64,000 bases of DNA, from assembly GCA_951406725.2 (NCBI GenBank), contig OX597825.1:20584001-20648000 (forward strand). The letters run 5' to 3'. Source of the stretch: Octopus vulgaris. Taxonomy: Eukaryota. Within the stretch, counting starts at the first letter, position 1, and each line of letters opens with the position of its first letter. Below, piece after piece: positions 59,046 to 64,000 of the stretch. The position numbers and the translations under genes were made by a program. The notes under the pieces were generated by a model that worked only from the letters and a program-made list of their open reading frames with translations, was not told the origin of the DNA and made no database searches.

Positions 59046-59465
59046 CAAAGGCGACGATCTGGCAGAAACGTTAGCACGCCGGGCGAAATGCTAAGCAGTA
59101 TTTCGTCTGCCGGTACTTTCTGAGTTCAAATTCCGCCGAGGTCGATTTTGCCTTTCATCCTTTCGGGGTCGATTAAATAAGTACCAGTTACGCACTGGGG
59201 TCGATATAATCGACTTAATACCTATGTCTGTCCTTGTTTGTCCCCTCAATGTTTAGCCCCTTGTGGGTAATAAAGAAACAGATATTTCGTCTGCCGTTAC
59301 GTTCTGAGTTCAAATTCCGCCGAGGTCGACTTTGCCTTTCACCCTTTTGGGGTCGATTAAATAAGTACCAGTTACGCACTGGGGTCGATATAATCGACTT
59401 AATACCTATGTCTGTCCTTGTTTGTCCTCTCTGTGTTTAGCCCCTTGTGGGTAGTAAAGAAATAG
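59046..59465 (+). mobile_element. SINE family B dimer, intronic and antisense, ending about 26 nt from an exon
   Basis: Junction at 59271-59290; TSD GTACATAGGTTC at 59034-45 and 59466-77. Confidence 0.9.
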
Positions 59466-59491
59466 GTACATAGGTTCTGTACAATACTTAC

Positions 59492-59590
59492 GTGAGCAAA
59501 CCCAGCGAAAAACAATTGGTCATCCGTATATTCCAGACCTGGTAGCATTTGGTGTTTCTCTCCTGTCTTGCTTATGCTAGTTTTGTAGGC
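59492..59590 (-). CDS. M13 peptidase exon (LPGL...QLFF)
   Basis: CAG acceptor, GTAAGT donor, 99 nt phase 0-0. Reads AYKTSISKTGEKHQMLPGLEYTDDQLFFAGFAH. Confidence 0.96.
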
Positions 59591-59680
59591 CTGGAATGAA
59601 ATACAACAAACAGTATATTTCCAGCATTTGCTCGTCCGTTCAAATATGATCAACAAGTAATTACACTACGAAAACAAAAT

Positions 59681-60020
59681 ATACGACGGGCTTCTTTCAG
59701 TTTCCGTTTACCAAATCCACTCTCAAGACTTTGGTCGGCCCGAGGCTATAGTAGAAGACATTTGCTCAAGGTCCCACGGAGTGGGACGAAACTCGGAACC
59801 ATGTGGTTGGTAAGCGAGCTACGTACCACACAGCCACTCTTATACACTCTTGGAGTGTATCTTCTTCAATAGCCCCAGCGGACCAACATCTTCTAAGTGA
59901 ATTTGATAAACGGAAACTGTGTGGAAGTCGTAGTGTATTTGTGTATATCCCTTTGTCTTTGTCTCAACACCACCACTTGACAACCAGTATTGGTTTGTTT
60001 ACGTCCTTGTAATATGGCAG
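59681..60020. mobile_element. Two oppositely oriented SINE family A fragments (59681-59840 minus; 59850-60020 plus, older)
   Basis: Family A motifs on both strands. Confidence 0.7.
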
Positions 60021-60119
60021 CGCGGTATATATGTATGTATGTGTGTATGTATGTATGAATGTATGTATGTATGTATGTATGTATGTATATGTATGTACAT
60101 GTATATATATATATATATA

Positions 60120-60279
60120 TACTTTTTATCTTAAATTAAACGTTTTATACTTTTTGATAGTTATATATATTTAATAAATAAATAATTTAAAAATTAGAAA
60201 AAAATAAAAAATAAAAAATAAAAATAAAAAATTTAAAAAATTAAATTATTTTTTAAAATAAATAAATAAATAATTAAAA

Positions 60280-60333
<54 letters not shown>

Positions 60334-60496
60334 TTATAAATATAAATTAATAATTTTAAATTTTTAACTTTAAATTTAAATAATTTAAATTTTGAATTTT
60401 TTTATATATTTTGTATATTATATTAATTAATTTTATTTCTGTTTTGGTTTATGTTCACTGCTTGATTTGCCTAAAAGTGGTTTTATCTCTAATCTA

Positions 60497-60500
<4 letters not shown>
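60120..60500 (-). repeat. AT-rich interspersed repeat, copy of 40885-41110
   Basis: Reverse complement matches 40885 onwards. Confidence 0.8.
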
Positions 60501-60535
<35 letters not shown>

Positions 60536-60569
60536 TATATATATATATATGTATGTATATATATGGTGG

Positions 60570-61428
60570 TTGTCTACACTTAATGCAGTCAGACCTCCTC
60601 TTGTACCAACTCCTTAGATCCATCATAGCGTCTGATGTGGCTTTTTAAAACCAGATAATGTATTGATAAGACGTCCACATAGATCGCATATCCGGTTTGG
60701 ACCATCAAGAGTTGCAGTTAAGTTCTGATCTTTGTGTATCTTAAAATATCCTTTGAGGCCTCCGTTGGAATCGCAGACGTTATGGCATGCACGGCATTGA
60801 AAGGTGTGCACACATATATAGGCCCAGTAGTTGGTGGGGGGTTCATTTTTCATGGGTCCTCAAATGAGATTTGGGCCCAGCAAAAGAAACGCACGATCTG
60901 TCACAAACTACACACAAAACGGCCACTGCGATTCACGTTCTCGATCGCAACATTCTCTTTTGAGTTTTGCACGTGTTACCTTGGCCTTCTCAAACACTTT
61001 TACTCTTTTCCCCACTTTTGTTCGCCATCCAGTTCGATTAGAAGCAAGGGTGTCAATGGCCTTTCGATCCATTCCAAATGACTTCACGGTTGTCCCTATA
61101 CTGTCCTTAAATCTCTTTTTAGGTTTACATCGTTTGCGTTTCACCTCTGCAAGCTTGTCATAAAACAGGTGCTTGGGTGTGCGTTTATCCGTCATTCGAA
61201 CAATGTGGCGAGACCATCTCATCTGTTTTTTTGTTTCAGAATCATTGATTAGATTTGAAGTGATGCCTGCAGCCGCAAAGACATCAGTGTCTGGCGTAAA
61301 AAGTCCCGTTTAATTTTTAATATGCGGCGAAGGCATTTTTGATGGAATCGTTCTAACAATTTGGAATGTCTTTCATAACACAGCCATGTTCTAGAAGAAT
61401 ACAATACGGATGGTTAGACAAACAGCGA
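60570..61428 (-). mobile_element. 5'-truncated RTE LINE with C-terminal C2H2-like fingers, intronic
   Basis: LERFHQKCLRRIL; MRWSRHIVRMTDKRTPKHLFY..KRKRCKPKKRFKD; CRACHNVC..H and CDLCGR relics. Confidence 0.88.
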
Positions 61429-61553
61429 AATGTAAACTTAAAAAGAGATTTAAGGGTGGTATAGGGACAGCGATGAAGTCACTTGGAATGGATCCAAATT
61501 AGACACCCTTGCTTCGAATCGAACTGGATGGCGAACAAAAGTGTGGAAAGGAG

Positions 61554-61609
<56 letters not shown>

Positions 61610-61611
61610 GG

Positions 61612-61994
61612 GGAAGCACTCCGTCGGTTACGACGACGAGGGTTCCAGTTGATCCGATCAACGGAACACAGCCTGCTCGTGAAATTAACGTGTAAGTGGC
61701 TGAGCACTCCACAGACACGTGTACCCTTAACGTAGTTCTCAGGGATATTCAGCGTGACACAGAGAGTGACAAGGCCGGCCCTTTGAAATACAGGTACAAC
61801 AGAAACAGGAAGTAAGAATGAGAGAAAGTTGTGGTGAAAGAGTACAGTAGGGATCACCACCATCCCTGCCGGAGCCTCGTGGAACTTTTAGGTGTTTTCG
61901 CTCAATAAACACTCACAACGCCCGGTCTGGGAATCGAAACCGCGATCCTACGACTGCGAGTCCGCTGCCCTAACCACTGGGCCATTGTGCCTCC
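61612..61994 (-). mobile_element. SINE family D, full length
   Basis: GGAGGCACAATGGCCCAGTGGTTAGGGCAGCGGACTCGCAG head, GTTTCGATTCCC B box, tail ...CCCTCGTCGTCGTAACCGACGGAGTGCT. Confidence 0.88.
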
Positions 61995-62101
61995 ACTATA
62001 TACCGTTATTTCTAAAGGGCCAATCAAACAAGTCCATTTTTTTAAAGGTGTAGCGTTTGTAAGAGTCTAGATTGAATTGATATATCGGTTCCATTCTAGC
62101 A

Positions 62102-62148
62102 AAAACTGTCTGATGAACGGCAACGAGAAACTCAGAGTAACAGATTTT
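62102..62148 (+). ncRNA. Minimal type I hammerhead ribozyme motif (antisense to the M13 intron)
   Basis: CTGT-CTGATGA-A-CG-GCAA-CG-A-GAAA-CTC-A-GAG-TA-ACAG: core intact, GUA triplet, helix II only 2 bp. Confidence 0.6.
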
Positions 62149-62175
62149 GTTGAATTTTCTGCTGCTTTAAATAAA

Positions 62176-62238
<63 letters not shown>

Positions 62239-62249
62239 ATATAATATAA

Positions 62250-62280
62250 CAGACAGACAAATAGATAGATTGGTAGATAT

Positions 62281-62354
<74 letters not shown>

Positions 62355-62463
62355 TGATTGATAGATAGATAGATAGATAGATAGATAGGTAGGTAGGTAG
62401 GTAGGTAGGTAGGTAGGTAGGTAGGTAGGTAGGTAGGTATGTAGGTAGGTGGTAGGTAGGTAC

Positions 62464-62560
<97 letters not shown>
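62250..62560. repeat. (ATAG)n(AGGT)n(ATAG)n microsatellite
   Basis: Directly visible. Confidence 0.95.
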
Positions 62561-62692
62561 CACATTTTCTCTCCTATCTCTTGCGGTCTTTAAAATATAT
62601 TCGATTAAAATAGAAGAGAGGTCACACGATTAGGGTGAAGGTTAAACAAAATCTACTAGAAGCTGTAAAAAGATGATTAAAAAGTTTCTTAC

Positions 62693-62758
62693 ATTAAATG
62701 CTGCTTTCAATCCTCCGTTGTCAGCAATGTTTTCTCCCAGAGTCCTCTTTCCATTGAT
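62693..62758 (-). CDS. M13 peptidase exon with third zinc-ligand motif (ENIADNGG)
   Basis: CAG acceptor, GTAAGA donor, 66 nt phase 0-0. Reads INGKRTLGENIADNGGLKAAFN, the M13 ExxxD signature. Confidence 0.97.
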
Positions 62759-62881
62759 CTGTTTAACAATAATTTTTAAGAATGTATTATAAGCATTTTT
62801 GTTAACTTATAAAAGCACAAAAATACTGAAGACAATGTATCAATATGGCCTGGACTATGATGTCTAAAAAAAAGGAAACAG

Positions 62882-63212
62882 CTTGTTCCTTCTCGAGCCA
62901 TGCCTGGCTCATAAGGGCCGGTTTCCCGGTTTCCTTGGCGTATAAGTCCCTCACCTGGACGGGACGCCAGTCCGTCGCATCGGTTGTCAAGCGATGGTGG
63001 GGCAACAAACATATACACATTTACATATATATATATATATACATACATATATATATATATATATACGACGGGCTTCTTTCAGTATCCATCTACCAAATTC
63101 ACTCACAAGGCTTTGGTCGGCCCAAGGCTATATAGTAGAAGACACTTGCCCAATTTGCCATGCAGTGGAACTGAACCCGGAATCATGTGGTTGGGAAGCA
63201 AGCTTTTTACCA
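62882..63212 (-). mobile_element. Chimeric SINE: family A 5' part joined to family C 3' part
   Basis: Switch at shared GCA (62977-79) from C sequence TCCGTCGCA to A sequence GCATCGGTTGTCAAGC. Confidence 0.8.
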
Positions 63213-63561
63213 CTGGATGTCATTTCATATACATTCGTATGTTTAAATACAAGTATGTATATATATGTTTTTACGTATGCGTGTATGTATTTATGCATGT
63301 ATAATATATGTATGTCTAGACGTGTGTCTACACTTATATCACGCTAAACTTCTGGAAGTTCTACTACATACATGCACGCCTACATACATACATACATACA
63401 TACATACATACATACATACATACATACATACATACATACATACATACATACATACATACATACATACATACATAATACATACATACATACATAATACATG
63501 CATACATACATACATACATACATGCATACATACATAATACATAGATACATACATACATACA

Positions 63562-63594
<33 letters not shown>

Positions 63595-63723
63595 GTATTT
63601 GTATGTATGTGACTCTTTCTCTACGGGCGAGAAATCTGTAGCATAAAACCATAGCAAACGCTCGTACATAAACGCATTTAGAGGTCAGGATATTCGTAAG
63701 AGATAAGTTATATTTTAACTCAC

Positions 63724-63866
63724 CTTGTACTGACATTTTGTCTTGTCTTTGCAGAGGTTAAATTTGGCATACTGTTTCACTAAACCTTCGGCACGATGTT
63801 TAAACTTCTCCCTCGTTTCAGTACCCCACCAGTCTTTCTGGTTTCCAAGCTCATCATATAAAGCTC
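63724..63866 (-). CDS. M13 (neprilysin/ECE-like) metallopeptidase, coding exon following the HExxH exon
   Basis: AG acceptor (63867-68), GTGAGT donor (63718-23), 143 nt. Reads (G)ALYDELGNQKDWWGTETREKFKHRAEGLVKQYAKFNLCKDKTKCQYK, colinear with neprilysin GRNFNKDGDLVDWW...FKEQSQCMVYQY. Confidence 0.95.
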
Positions 63867-64000
63867 CTTTTTAAAAGAATAAATTTAAAGGAAAGCTAAA
63901 AATCTTTTGTTGATGGTGTTTAGCCCTAGGTCAGTCCAGATCGAGCAGACATCATCAAAAGCTTTACAGCTGCGACCTTCACTCAAGTGCATATATATAT

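Noticed and set aside
59399-59656. 85-aa ORF as a stand-alone gene
   Set aside because: Only 59492-59590 is coding (M13 exon); the rest is intron and SINE read-through.
61920-61994. tRNA genes (also 5545-5617, 9038-9097, 21286-21355, 33605-33680, 45889-45960)
   Set aside because: A/B boxes are present but acceptor stems are not convincingly paired and each runs into a multi-copy SINE body.
57758-63866. Assigning a gene symbol (MME, ECE1, PHEX) to the M13 gene
   Set aside because: Only the C-terminal 160 aa are visible and invertebrate M13 families are expanded; orthology needs a phylogeny.

Overview
Repeat-saturated, AT-rich eukaryotic DNA. The SINE set and (TA)n/(ATAG)n/(AAT)n load suggest an octopus or other coleoid cephalopod (inference). 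Only one host gene is supported: the last five coding exons of a neprilysin/ECE-like M13 metallopeptidase on the minus strand (63866 to 57758), which splice cleanly into the ENIADNGG and HSP...R motifs. The HExxH exon lies beyond the window. The rest is microsatellite and transposon debris: tRNA-derived SINE families (here called A-D), a maT and a mariner derivative, Tigger-like pieces, two Helitrons, RTE and R4/Dong-type LINE fragments, Penelope-type fold-backs and a 3.7-kb (GGT)n(GAT)n array. Main points of interest: (1) a tRNA-headed SINE-like element whose consensus carries a minimal hammerhead ribozyme, plus several other hammerhead relics; (2) a SINE that forms 184-bp headless tandem arrays at one fixed internal junction, apparently by targeting itself; (3) the M13 enzyme lacks both cysteines of one conserved disulfide, has a new Cys pair, and has two conserved positions one A-to-I edit from consensus. 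Nearly all ORFs in the supplied track are microsatellite artefacts. All alignments were by eye, so repeat boundaries without a stated TSD/TIR are approximate.
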